NCBI GenBank assembly: GCA_963751455.1
Contig: CAVVUN010000002.1
Span: forward strand, 576,001-640,000
DNA: 64,000 nucleotides
Reading direction: 5' to 3'
DNA from: Nitrospirota bacterium
GTDB taxonomy: Bacteria > Nitrospirota > UBA9217
The notes under the pieces are model-generated. The model searched no databases. It saw only the letters and a list, made by a program, of their open reading frames with translations, and was not told where the DNA came from. A program made the position numbers and the translations under genes. Of the stretch, positions 11,903 through 21,454 are shown in pieces (within the stretch, counting starts at the first letter, position 1; every line of letters starts with the position of its first letter).

Positions 11903-13798
11903 ATGAAACAAAAGAGCAATAAGCGTACAGGAATTATCATTGCGCTTGTCGTGGCATCGGTGCTCTCGCTGCTGCATCTCATTAATTTCCGATTTTTCGA
12001 GATGCTCGAGCAAAAGACGCTTGATATGCGCTTTCTGATCCGCGGCCCTGTTGTCCCGGGACCGGAGACCCTCATCGCTGCCATCGACGAGAAGAGCATC
12101 AATAAGCTTGGACGGTTTCCCTGGCCGCGTTCCGTATGGGGCCGGGTCGTCGAGCGTCTGACGGAAGAAGGCGCAAAAGTTATTGTTTTCGATGTTTTTT
12201 TCACTGAGCCCGAAAACGTCGAATCGGACGATTTGTTCCAACGGGCGATCAGGAGGAGCGGCAGGGTGATCCTTCCGGTGGTTTTTGATTTTTCGGAGAT
12301 CGGATACAAGGAGTCCGGATTCACAAGCAATAAACTGGACTATATGTCTGCTTCCGCCTTTGCGATGATCAGAAATCCCGAGGAGTTATTTTATCCTTTT
12401 CAGGCCAAAATGGTGCTGCCGACGCTCTTTCGCTTTTCGTCGGCTGCAAATTCCCTCGCGCACATCAACATGGTTCCCGACTCGGACGGGACACTTAGAT
12501 GGGAAGTCCTCGCAGTAAAGTACGGTGAGGATTATTTCGCGCCGATCGGGCTCCAGGCGGCCTGGGCCTATCGGGGATTGAAAAGATCGGAACTGGAGCT
12601 CGACTTCCAGGGCGCTGTCAGGCTGGGACAGACTTCGATCCCGATCGATGAACATGCGAGGATGCTCATCAACTATCGGGGGCCGACCGGGACCTTCCCG
12701 ATGTATTCGATCTCGGACATCCTCGACCGGCTGACGCCTGCCGGGACCTTCAAGGACAAGATCGTACTCATCGGCGCAACGGCAATCGGCATTTACGACC
12801 TTCGGGTCACTCCTTTCTCGCCGAATATGGCAGGAATAGAGAAGCATGCAAGCGTTGTAGACAATATCCTTCACGGCGATTTCATCTATCGCTCCGACGC
12901 CATGGTAACGCTCCTGATATTCATTTTTGCGATCACCCTCGGGGTCGCGCTGCCGCGGCTCGGGGCCAGGGCCGGCGGAGCGCTTTTCCTTGTGCTTTTA
13001 TTCGCGTACATAGTCGGAATTTATTATCTTTTTGCAGCCAGGGGCCTCTGGTTCAACCTCGTCTATCCCGGTTCTGCTTTGTTTTTCGGCTATACGAGCC
13101 AGACAGCGTACCGGTTCTTTACCGAGGAGCGGCGGGCCAGAGACATACGCAAGATGTTCTCGAGCTATGTTTCCAAGAGCATCGTCGACGAACTCATCAG
13201 GGACCCGAGCAAGGCAAAGCTCGGCGGCGAACGAAAAGAAATAACGGTCCTCTTCTCGGATATCCGGGGCTTTACCTCGTTCTCGGAAAAACATCAGCCC
13301 GAGGAAGTGGTATCCCTGTTGAACGAATATCTCGGCGCTATGACGGAGATCGTGTTCAATCATGAAGGAACGCTTGACAAGTTCGTTGGCGATGCGATCA
13401 TGGCCCTATGGGGGGCGCCGATTGGTCAACCCGACCATGCGGAGCGGGCATGCAAATGTGCCCTTGCAATGATCGTTAAGTTAAAGGAATTACAGGCTAA
13501 ATGGGTCGCCGAAGGCAGGTATGCGATCGACATCGGGATCGGCATCAATACCGGCGAAATGGTCGTGGGCAACATGGGCGCCGAAGGGAAGAAGATGGAT
13601 TACACCGTCATCGGCGACAATGTAAACCTTGGAGCGCGCTTAGAAGGCTTGACAAGGCAATACAATAATCATATCATCATATCGGAATATACCTATGCCA
13701 AAGTCGAGCACAGGGTACAGGTAAAAGAACTGGGAACGGTCACGGTTAAAGGCAAGCAGCTGCCTGTCGTGGTCTATGATCTGATCGGAGTTAAGTAA
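11903..13798 (+). CDS. CHASE2-domain class III adenylate/guanylate cyclase
   Basis: CHASE2 motifs (IDEKS, FPWPR, DGTLR, DKIVLIG, GIEKHA), three TM helices, LFSDIRGFT, DKFVGDA, GIGINTG, DYTVIGDNVNLGARLE. The K/D specificity residues favour ATP. Confidence 0.93.
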   Translation: MKQKSNKRTGIIIALVVASVLSLLHLINFRFFEMLEQKTLDMRFLIRGPVVPGPETLIAAIDEKSINKLGRFPWPRSVWGRVVERLTEEGAKVIVFDVFFTEPENVESDDLFQRAIRRSGRVILPVVFDFSEIGYKESGFTSNKLDYMSASAFAMIRNPEELFYPFQAKMVLPTLFRFSSAANSLAHINMVPDSDGTLRWEVLAVKYGEDYFAPIGLQAAWAYRGLKRSELELDFQGAVRLGQTSIPIDEHARMLINYRGPTGTFPMYSISDILDRLTPAGTFKDKIVLIGATAIGIYDLRVTPFSPNMAGIEKHASVVDNILHGDFIYRSDAMVTLLIFIFAITLGVALPRLGARAGGALFLVLLFAYIVGIYYLFAARGLWFNLVYPGSALFFGYTSQTAYRFFTEERRARDIRKMFSSYVSKSIVDELIRDPSKAKLGGERKEITVLFSDIRGFTSFSEKHQPEEVVSLLNEYLGAMTEIVFNHEGTLDKFVGDAIMALWGAPIGQPDHAERACKCALAMIVKLKELQAKWVAEGRYAIDIGIGINTGEMVVGNMGAEGKKMDYTVIGDNVNLGARLEGLTRQYNNHIIISEYTYAKVEHRVQVKELGTVTVKGKQLPVVVYDLIGVK

Positions 13799-13848
13799 TT
13801 CGCAGAAACGGCAGAAGCTCTAAATTACCGTACGATCGAGGGAGGGTT

Positions 13849-14616
13849 ATGAAGGTAAAAATTCTGGGTTGCTCCGGGTCAGAAACCATAGGTCACATGC
13901 CTCCGGGTTTCCTCGTGAACGATGTCATGATGCTGGATGCAGGTACGATAACGGCGGCGTTAACAATTGAAGCGCAGAGCAGGATAACCGATATTCTGAT
14001 CAGCCACACCCACCTTGATCATATCAAGTCCATCCTGTTTCTTGCGGACAACATCATCGGCCGGATCAAGAAACCGGTAAACATCCGTGCCATTCCGAAG
14101 GTTATTGATGCCATAAGGACCCATCTCATGAACGACCTCATCTGGCCCGACTTCACCAGGATACCGACGCCCCAGAATCCCGTCCTGGCGTACAAGCCGA
14201 TGGAGACCGGAAAGACTGTTACCATAGCCGGCATGAAAGTAAAAGCGATCCCGATGAATCACCCGGTCCCGGCCGTCGGTTTCCTGGTCAATGACGGAAA
14301 ATCGTCTCTTCTCTACAGCGCGGACACGGGCCCGAATGAAGCCCTGTGGAAGGAAGCTGCGAAAACAAAAAATCTTAACGCAATCATCGTAGACACATCC
14401 TTCCCGAACAGCCTTGAAATGATAGCTGACGCAAGCGGCCACTTTACGCCCGGACAACTCCATAACGACCTTGCAAAGGCACATGTAAACAACGGGGTGC
14501 CGATATATATCTACCACATAAAGCCTGTTCACAAAGCAAAGGTGCTTGGGGAACTGCGTGCAATGGGCAGGAAAAACGTCAAGATCCTCGAGGAAGGGAA
14601 GACGTACCACTTTTAA
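13849..14616 (+). CDS. Metallo-beta-lactamase-fold 3',5'-cyclic-nucleotide phosphodiesterase (class II-like)
   Basis: LDAGT, SHTHLDHI, NDLIWPDF, NHPVP, SADTGP, SFPN, GHFTP, YHIKP. Adjacent to the cyclase. Confidence 0.85.
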   Translation: MKVKILGCSGSETIGHMPPGFLVNDVMMLDAGTITAALTIEAQSRITDILISHTHLDHIKSILFLADNIIGRIKKPVNIRAIPKVIDAIRTHLMNDLIWPDFTRIPTPQNPVLAYKPMETGKTVTIAGMKVKAIPMNHPVPAVGFLVNDGKSSLLYSADTGPNEALWKEAAKTKNLNAIIVDTSFPNSLEMIADASGHFTPGQLHNDLAKAHVNNGVPIYIYHIKPVHKAKVLGELRAMGRKNVKILEEGKTYHF

Positions 14617-14750
14617 AATTCCATATAACAAATTACAAATTTCAAATAATATTCAAATATATAATTCGAATGACAGAAACGTTTTAAATTTGAACCATTG
14701 GAGCTTATTTGGGATTTGATGCTTGATATTTGGTGATTGGATTATCTGAT

Positions 14751-15590
14751 ATGGCCTGGTTTAAGAAAGAACGGGAAAGCACTACCGCGGAAGCGCCGGC
14801 GAAGAAAGTCAAGATTCCGGAGGGGCTCTGGGTAAAGTGCGACAACTGTAAAGAAATTATCTATCGCAAGGAAGTCGATAAGAACTTCAAGGTCTGCCCC
14901 AAGTGCGACTACCACTTCAGGATATCAGCGTCCGAGCGGCTGCCGTACCTCGTGGATGAGGGCAGCTTCCTCGAAGTGGAGGACGGCCTCTCACCGAGGG
15001 ACTTTCTCGGGTTCAAGGACTACAAGGACAAGCTGAAGAGCAGCCGGAAGAAAACCGGCCTGAAGGATGCGGTCATCTCCGGCGAGGCCAAGATCGGCGG
15101 CAGGCCAGTTTCGCTCGTGATCATGGACTTCAATTTCATGGGCGGCAGTATGGGATCGGTTGTCGGCGAAAAAATCGCAAGGGCCGTGGAGCGTGCTATC
15201 GAGAAAAGAACTGCGTTCGTTTCCGTTGCTTCCTCCGGCGGCGCCCGCATGCAGGAGGGGATACTGTCGCTTATGCAGATGGCGAAAACCTCTGCAGCGG
15301 TAGCACGGCTCGGCGATGCCGGGCTTCCGTTCATCTCGGTCCTCACGGACCCTACGTTCGGCGGCGTAACCGCGAGCTTCGCAATGCTGGGCGACATCAT
15401 CGTTGCCGAACCAAAGAGCCTGATCGGGTTCGCCGGTCCGCGCGTCATTGAACAGACGATCAAACAGCAGCTGCCTTCCGGATTTCAGCGGGCCGAATTC
15501 CTCATGGAGCACGGCATGATCGATATGATCGTGCCGCGGAAGGAGATGCGCGCTATCCTCGGCAAAGTCCTCGATTTTTTTGCAGACTGA
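14751..15590 (+). CDS. accD: Acetyl-CoA carboxylase carboxyltransferase beta subunit
   Basis: PEGLWVKCDNC...CPKC zinc finger, FMGGSMGSVVGEK, SGGARMQEG, GFAGPRVIEQT. Confidence 0.97.
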   Translation: MAWFKKERESTTAEAPAKKVKIPEGLWVKCDNCKEIIYRKEVDKNFKVCPKCDYHFRISASERLPYLVDEGSFLEVEDGLSPRDFLGFKDYKDKLKSSRKKTGLKDAVISGEAKIGGRPVSLVIMDFNFMGGSMGSVVGEKIARAVERAIEKRTAFVSVASSGGARMQEGILSLMQMAKTSAAVARLGDAGLPFISVLTDPTFGGVTASFAMLGDIIVAEPKSLIGFAGPRVIEQTIKQQLPSGFQRAEFLMEHGMIDMIVPRKEMRAILGKVLDFFAD

Positions 15591-15608
15591 TCATACTCCG
15601 CGCGTTGT

Positions 15609-15827
15609 ATGGCAGAACTGGCCAAAATACTGATAATTATCGGCATCGTACTCGTTGCCGCCGGGGTTTTGATGTTGTTTGCCCACAAACTGCCTTTGCT
15701 GGGAAAACTTCCCGGTGACCTCATTATCAGGAAGGACAACTTCACCTTCTACTTTCCGCTCGCAACCAGCATCATTATCAGCATAGTGATCAGCCTTATC
15801 CTCTGTATCGTTCAAAAATTCAAATAG
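15609..15827 (+). CDS. DUF2905-like small membrane protein
   Basis: Two TM helices with LGKLPGDLII...FTFYFPLATSIIIS. Confidence 0.85.
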   Translation: MAELAKILIIIGIVLVAAGVLMLFAHKLPLLGKLPGDLIIRKDNFTFYFPLATSIIISIVISLILCIVQKFK

Positions 15828-15858
15828 GAGTGCTTGCCGCAAAAACCGCTGAAACCAT

Positions 15859-17229
15859 ATGAATGATAACGCGTTAAAAAGAGCAGCACTCCTTGTCGCA
15901 GTATTTGCCGCATTTCTTACCCCCTTCATGGTTTCATCCATCAATATCGCGCTGCCCGCTTTAGGCGCGGAATTCGACATGGGCGCAGTCGCCCTGAGTT
16001 GGGTCCCGACCTCCTATCTGCTGGCGGCTGCCATTTTCCTGGTGCCCTTCGGCAGGCTGGCCGACATATACGGAAGAAAAAAAATGTTCGGCTGGGGGAT
16101 CTGGATATTTACGCTCTCTTCGCTTTTTCTTGTCTTTTCCCCCTCATCAGCCGTGCTTATCGCATTTCGCGTCCTCCAGGGCTTCGGCAGCGCCATGATA
16201 TTCGGGACCGGTATGGCCATAATAACGTCCGTATTTCCTCCTGCAGAGCGCGGGCGGGTGCTCGGCATCAACGTTGCAGCCGTTTATCTCGGGCTTTCCC
16301 TGGGTCCTTTTGTCGGCGGTTTTCTCACGCAGCAGTTCGGCTGGAGGAGTATATTTCTTGCGACCGTCCCGGTCGGTTTTATCGTCATCTATCTGCTCGG
16401 TACAAAATTAAAGGGAGAATGGGCCGAAGCCAAGGGAGAGAAGTTCGATCTATCCGGCTCCGTCATATACGGAGCAAGCCTGCTCATGCTGATGTACGGG
16501 CTGTCGCTCCTGCCTGCATCAACCGGGCTGTGGCTCATTCTGAGCGGTCTTAGCGGAATCGTTTTATTCATCTGGTGGGAAACACGCGCTGCAAGCCCGG
16601 TTCTCAACATGAATCTTTTTATAGGCAATCCCGCATTCGCCTTTTCGAACCTTGCCGCCCTGATCAACTATAGTGCCACCTTCGCAGTCATGTTTCTCCT
16701 GAGCCTTTATCTGCAGTATATAAAGAGCTTTACCCCGCAGCAGGCCGGCTTCATTCTTGTTTTTCAGCCGGTAATGATGACTCTTTTCTCGCCGATGGCA
16801 GGAAGACTTTCCGACAAGATAGAACCGAGGATCGTGGCCTCGCTCGGCATGGCGTTTGCCGCGCTGGGACTGTTCCTGTTCACGTTTTTGACCCCCGAAA
16901 CCTCCATTCCGTTCATCATCGCCGGTCTTGTCCTGTTGGGTTTCGGGTTTGCGCTTTTTTCCTCGCCCAACACCAACGCGGTCATGAGCTCCATTGAGAA
17001 ACGCTTCTACGGCGTAGGATCGGCCACTCTCGGCACCATGCGGCTGATCGGGCAGATGCTGAGCATGGGCATCGCGATGGTCATCTTCGCCGTCAATATC
17101 GGCGGCGCCCGCATAACGCCTGAATACTATCCGCTTTTCCTGAAGAGCGTGAAAATCGCATTCTCAATTTTCGCGGCGCTCTGCTTCGGCGGCATCTTTG
17201 CATCCCTGGCGAGAGGAAAGGTACGGTGA
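15859..17229 (+). CDS. MFS drug-efflux transporter (DHA2-like)
   Basis: About 14 hydrophobic segments; GRLADIYGRK, RVLQGFG, GPFVGGFL, GWRSIF. Confidence 0.9.
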   Translation: MNDNALKRAALLVAVFAAFLTPFMVSSINIALPALGAEFDMGAVALSWVPTSYLLAAAIFLVPFGRLADIYGRKKMFGWGIWIFTLSSLFLVFSPSSAVLIAFRVLQGFGSAMIFGTGMAIITSVFPPAERGRVLGINVAAVYLGLSLGPFVGGFLTQQFGWRSIFLATVPVGFIVIYLLGTKLKGEWAEAKGEKFDLSGSVIYGASLLMLMYGLSLLPASTGLWLILSGLSGIVLFIWWETRAASPVLNMNLFIGNPAFAFSNLAALINYSATFAVMFLLSLYLQYIKSFTPQQAGFILVFQPVMMTLFSPMAGRLSDKIEPRIVASLGMAFAALGLFLFTFLTPETSIPFIIAGLVLLGFGFALFSSPNTNAVMSSIEKRFYGVGSATLGTMRLIGQMLSMGIAMVIFAVNIGGARITPEYYPLFLKSVKIAFSIFAALCFGGIFASLARGKVR

Positions 17230-17232
17230 TCC

Positions 17233-17349
17233 ATGGACAGAAGAAGATTCCTGACACTTGCGGCGCTTGCCGGCCGCAGAGCGTACATCGGTATTCGCAG
17301 TATCCGATTCTCGGCACCAGCAACGGAGACCAGATGCCGGGGTAACTAA
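17233..17349. pseudogene. Chimeric scar: Tat-signal N-terminus (+) fused to an inverted 4Fe-4S-protein fragment (-)
   Basis: Plus strand reads MDRRRFLTLAALAG from 17233. Minus strand reads PGIWSPLLVPRIGYCEYRCTLCG. Confidence 0.6.
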
Positions 17350-17427
17350 ATGCGGCGCCGCAGATGCACATCGGAAGTTATCTGGGCAGATTTCTGAACG
17401 TATTATGATATCGAGAGCTTCTTCCTG

Positions 17428-17811
17428 TCAAGAGAGATGCTCCTCGATCCGCTTGCTGAGCTCATGGGAGAATTCGTCCTCGCCCGAAGGGCCGACTTTA
17501 ATGGCAGTTGTTGTGATATCCCGGCCGTGAGATCGCATTAAAATGGTTATATTTGTGCCGTCCGGTCTTGTTGCGTTAATTTCACTTTGGTTGCCGTTCT
17601 TTTTTGCATTTGTGATCTTGATATCGAAATCCCTGAGCGCGGCCTGGGCGGCTTTAAAGGTTATCGTTATGTCCCTGTCGTAGGTCGCCATAAGAACGCC
17701 GTTCGTGTACTGGGCTGTATTCGTTAAAGGATATTCGGATTTCTCCGGACACGCCTGCAGGCAGAGAAAGACCGGCAGCAACAGCATCATCAATCTGCTT
17801 CCTGACCGCAT
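17428..17811 (-). CDS. DUF3568-like lipoprotein
   Basis: AGGAGG RBS, lipobox LQAC, pattern TFKAAQAAL...IKVG..GDE..S. Confidence 0.6.
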   Translation of the reverse strand: MRSGSRLMMLLLPVFLCLQACPEKSEYPLTNTAQYTNGVLMATYDRDITITFKAAQAALRDFDIKITNAKKNGNQSEINATRPDGTNITILMRSHGRDITTTAIKVGPSGEDEFSHELSKRIEEHLS

Positions 17812-18077
17812 CGTATGCCGCCTCCTGAGATAGTCATCCTTGACATGCGTTTCCACTTTGTTTGCAACAGCGCGGAATAGTCAACTACCTTGTTAAATGG
17901 ACCCACCCATAACAATTAATGATCAATGACTATGTTAATTATAGTATAGATCTGTTTGAGACTAATTCTCTTGAACTTTCTTCTTTGTATGGATATAGTA
18001 TTAGGCCTCCCATGTCCGGGACTGCTAAAAAAAGAATGCCGCCAACAGAGTCTGGAAATATCGAGTCTTGCATCAAC

Positions 18078-19090
18078 ATGCAAGAACGCAGCATCAAAAA
18101 ACCTCTCCGTCCGATCGAGGTCCGGGATCTCAAAATCGATCCGCCGATCCTTCTCGCACCCATGGTAGCGCTTACGCACAGCGCGCTCAGGCAGATCGTT
18201 GCGGGTTTCGGAGGGGTTGGCCTCTTATCAACGGAAATGCTCTCCGCGAAAAGACTGCCGCATGAGAACCCCGCTCTGTCCCCGTACCTGATCAGGAGCG
18301 CCTCTGAAAAGCCGCTTTCGTATCAGATCCTGACTTCGCGGGCAAGCGAGGTTTCGGCAGCCATGGACGTACTTCATGAATTGAACGCAGACGCTGTTGA
18401 TCTGAACCTGGGCTGCCCGACCCCCGCTGTCCGCAGGTCCGGAGCAGGCGCCAGGCTGATGGAGCAGCCGGACGACGTCCGCCGGATCGTGGCGGAAGCA
18501 AGGAAACGGACTCAGCTTCCGCTGACCGCAAAAATCCGGCTGGGCATGGAACCGGACGAACAGCCGTTAAAGGACTTCTGCACGATGCTCCAGGACGAGG
18601 GAATCGATATGCTCTCGGTTCACGGACGTCTCAAAAAGGAATCCTTCTCCAGAGCGCCGCGATGGGAGCGCATTGCCGAAGTGAAGGCCTGGCTCAGGAT
18701 TCCCGTTATCGCGAACGGCGGGATATTTTCCGTGCGGGACGCGGAAGAGTGCCTCAGGATCTCCGGCGCCGATGAACTGATGCTGGCGCGCGGGGCGGTG
18801 ATAAAGCCGTGGCTTTGTGCCGAAATTGCCCGAGACCTGTGCGGCTGTGCTATTCCGGCGGCGCGGCTGTATCCTTGCCTGGGCTCTACGGGCATTTTAT
18901 CGAACTCCTGATCGGGCGTTTCCTGCCCGAACACCGGCTGGGCAGGCTAAAACAGTTCACGCGTTATTTCGCACGGAACTATGCGTTCGGACACCATCTT
19001 GCATCAAGGGTTTTGAGCAGCGCTACCCTCGAAGAAGCAGAACAAAGGGCCGGCATTTTTTTTGAAAGCATGCAGAACTCGACAAGGTAG
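18078..19090 (+). pseudogene. tRNA-dihydrouridine synthase family protein, frameshifted near 18860-18870 (pseudogene or sequencing error)
   Basis: LAPM, TEM, VDLNLGCP, GAGARL, TAKIRLG, VHGR, PVIANGGI, MLARG. The C-terminus (VSLPGLY...RLKQFTRYF) continues in another frame to 19090. Confidence 0.8.
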
Positions 19091-19267
19091 GGTCTCCAGG
19101 GGGTGCAGGCAGCGGACAAAAAATCAGAAGCAATGGGGAGCAGGCACCGGGAAAAAGGCCGGAGAGCAGGGCCAGCTACGCTTTTCAGCCTGACTTTCCG
19201 GCTTGGACACACTTTATCTTCAGCGTTTCCCGCGATACTCTAAAATGAATCTTCCTTCCGCCTGTGT

Positions 19268-19582
19268 TTAAAAAACGGTTATTCCGTTATACGGCCTTTT
19301 TCCCTGCGCTTGCGCTGCCGCTGGTCCTCCCGCTGCAGATCCTTTTGCCGACTTCGGCTGTCCAAGGTCAAAATAAGTGACTGCGTTATACGGCTTTGCA
19401 GCGGATGCTTCTTCGATACGTCCTGCTGAATCCGGCTGTGGGGAAGACGTACCCGTATCAAAGTAGGTAATGCCGTTCCCGGGCACTGCGCCCGCCTTCG
19501 AATCCGCTTTGTCGGCAGCATAAACTGAACCGAAGGCAAATACAAACACGAGCGTTGTGAAGACCAGTATGGTCTTTTTCAT
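19268..19582 (-). CDS. Small secreted protein with three NG/A-I/V-T-Y/V-F repeats
   Basis: AAAGGAG RBS, signal peptide ending VYA, repeats GNGITYFD / YNAVTYFD / YNGITVF. Confidence 0.7.
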   Translation of the reverse strand: MKKTILVFTTLVFVFAFGSVYAADKADSKAGAVPGNGITYFDTGTSSPQPDSAGRIEEASAAKPYNAVTYFDLGQPKSAKGSAAGGPAAAQAQGKRPYNGITVF

Positions 19583-19718
19583 GGCGTGCTCCTTTCTTGG
19601 TGCCTCTGTTTACATTATACTCTTTTCCCTGTTATGCTTGCTGCACCTCGTCCATTGCGAAAAAGCAAAACGTCCTTAGATTTGAATTCAACATAAAAAT
19701 TGCCGGCAAAGATAATTT

Positions 19719-19734
19719 TGTGATTCAGATCACA
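19719..19734. promoter_or_regulatory. CRP-type operator TGTGA-N6-TCACA
   Basis: TGTGAttcagaTCACA lies just upstream of a cTGACA...TATAGG promoter-like pair, in a divergent intergenic region. Confidence 0.65.
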
Positions 19735-19793
19735 GGTGCTGACAAACAAAAGTATTATGTATAGGCTGCTGGAAACATATTTTCGGGAGGCAT

Positions 19794-20462
19794 ATGAAAA
19801 AAATCATTATTGTTGACCGCATCAGGCAACAGCTTGGCTTCGAACTCTATCCGGAGGACGGGGACGTCGAGACAATCACGGCGTATTCGAACGAAGGCGC
19901 GCTAAACATGCACCGGAAACAAAGAGCTGACCTCATTATGACTGAGCTGTACGGGTCCGGCATGAAGGGGCTTCAGCTCTGCTCCACCATCAGAGAGGAT
20001 CCGGATCTTCGAAAGGTTTCGACGATCGTCTTTTGCCGCGACAACGACATTGAACTGACTGAAGGCCTGCAATGCAGGGCCAACGCCGTTATGACGCTGC
20101 CGGTCGACTCCGGCTTTCTCCGCCGCACCGTACAGCAGCTCTTGATGATTCCCGCACGGGCCGATTATCGCGGCTCTTTCATTGCCCGATGCGCACGTCT
20201 GTCGGGCCGCAGTTTTATCGACTGTGAAGTCGAAAATATCAGCGTTACCGGGATGCTGATAGAAGCCGACGCGGTCCTGAAAAAAGGCGATCGGCTCAAC
20301 TGCTCCCTTAAACTTCCTCCTGCCGTATCATTAGAAACGCAGGCAGAGGTGATCAGGACAGTCAAAACGACGGCCGATCAACGCTTATACGGTCTACGAT
20401 TTTCTCATCTCAGTCCGTCTGCCCGGCGCGCCATTGAAACCCTCATTCAGCAGAATCGGTAA
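19794..20462 (+). CDS. Atypical receiver domain plus PilZ domain protein
   Basis: REC-like N-terminus (KKIIIVD, ADLIMTE, GLQLC); PilZ motifs RADYR and NISVTG, YGLRF. Confidence 0.8.
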   Translation: MKKIIIVDRIRQQLGFELYPEDGDVETITAYSNEGALNMHRKQRADLIMTELYGSGMKGLQLCSTIREDPDLRKVSTIVFCRDNDIELTEGLQCRANAVMTLPVDSGFLRRTVQQLLMIPARADYRGSFIARCARLSGRSFIDCEVENISVTGMLIEADAVLKKGDRLNCSLKLPPAVSLETQAEVIRTVKTTADQRLYGLRFSHLSPSARRAIETLIQQNR

Positions 20463-20595
20463 GATGCTTGCAAAGCGCCAAGTTTACAAAAAAAACTTCG
20501 GCAAAAAGGGCTAGTCTCAGCAAAACAAGCTTGTTGGATGAAACCAAAATAATTTTTGTTTTGATTAACCGCAAGCGAAATGATACACTCATTGC

Positions 20596-21123
20596 ATGGC
20601 TGACAGCAAATATGAACCAAAGGCGGAAAAGATGGCTGAATCAGGGGCTCAGGACCGGGTAAAGTCGCCTGTGGAATACATCCAGGAGATGCGGGGTTTT
20701 CTTAAGTGCGGCGAGCGAAAGCAGGCGTTCGCCATTATGCTGCACGCGAACCTTCTCTATCCGGACCATCCTATTATTCTGTCGTATTTTGGCTGGCTCC
20801 AGGCGCTTGTTGACAGGAAATATCACAGCGCAGTCACTGCATGTAAAAGAGCTTTCATCGGTTTCAAGCCGGCCGACAGGCATAACGCAAGCACGATTTA
20901 TCCCATCCTCTACCTTAATTTGGGAAGAGCATGCGTTGCCGCCGGAAAGAAGAAAGAAGCGGTTGACAGCTTCGCCAAGGGCTTGAAGTATGATCCGTAT
21001 CATGTCGAGCTCAAGAAGGAAATGCAGCTTCTTGGCATACGAAAAAAAGCTTTCTTGCCTTTTCTCTCCCGGTCCAATCCCCTCAATAAGGTTGTTGGCA
21101 TCCTTCGTTCGCGTTCAGCGTAA
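20596..21123 (+). CDS. Tetratricopeptide-repeat protein
   Basis: TPR pattern YLNLGRA...A...F.KGL..DP; C-terminal LGIRKK..LPFLSRSNPLN. Confidence 0.7.
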   Translation: MADSKYEPKAEKMAESGAQDRVKSPVEYIQEMRGFLKCGERKQAFAIMLHANLLYPDHPIILSYFGWLQALVDRKYHSAVTACKRAFIGFKPADRHNASTIYPILYLNLGRACVAAGKKKEAVDSFAKGLKYDPYHVELKKEMQLLGIRKKAFLPFLSRSNPLNKVVGILRSRSA

Positions 21124-21454
21124 AACGGAACGCACCTTTTGTCAGATAACTCCATTCCTTTTTTTCCTTTCCGCTCCTGCTCTTTGACTCCTTTCGGACA
21201 TGATGCAGCTGTTTCTCCCTGGATTATTCAAATACCATACGATTAAATATCTGCACAGGACCTGCTGCATCCTTATTTCCTGCTATTGTGCAGGATTGTT
21301 ATTTTTATGGTATTAACTATAATTAAGTACAGACTTATTCGGTGGCGTTGCGCTGCATCTCTTTGTGAGGGCAGCTGTAAAGTACGGTTGCCGAATCCAG
21401 GCTGATGGTGCCCGGTATTACGAGGCACAATAACAGAGCTTACTGGAGCTGTCC

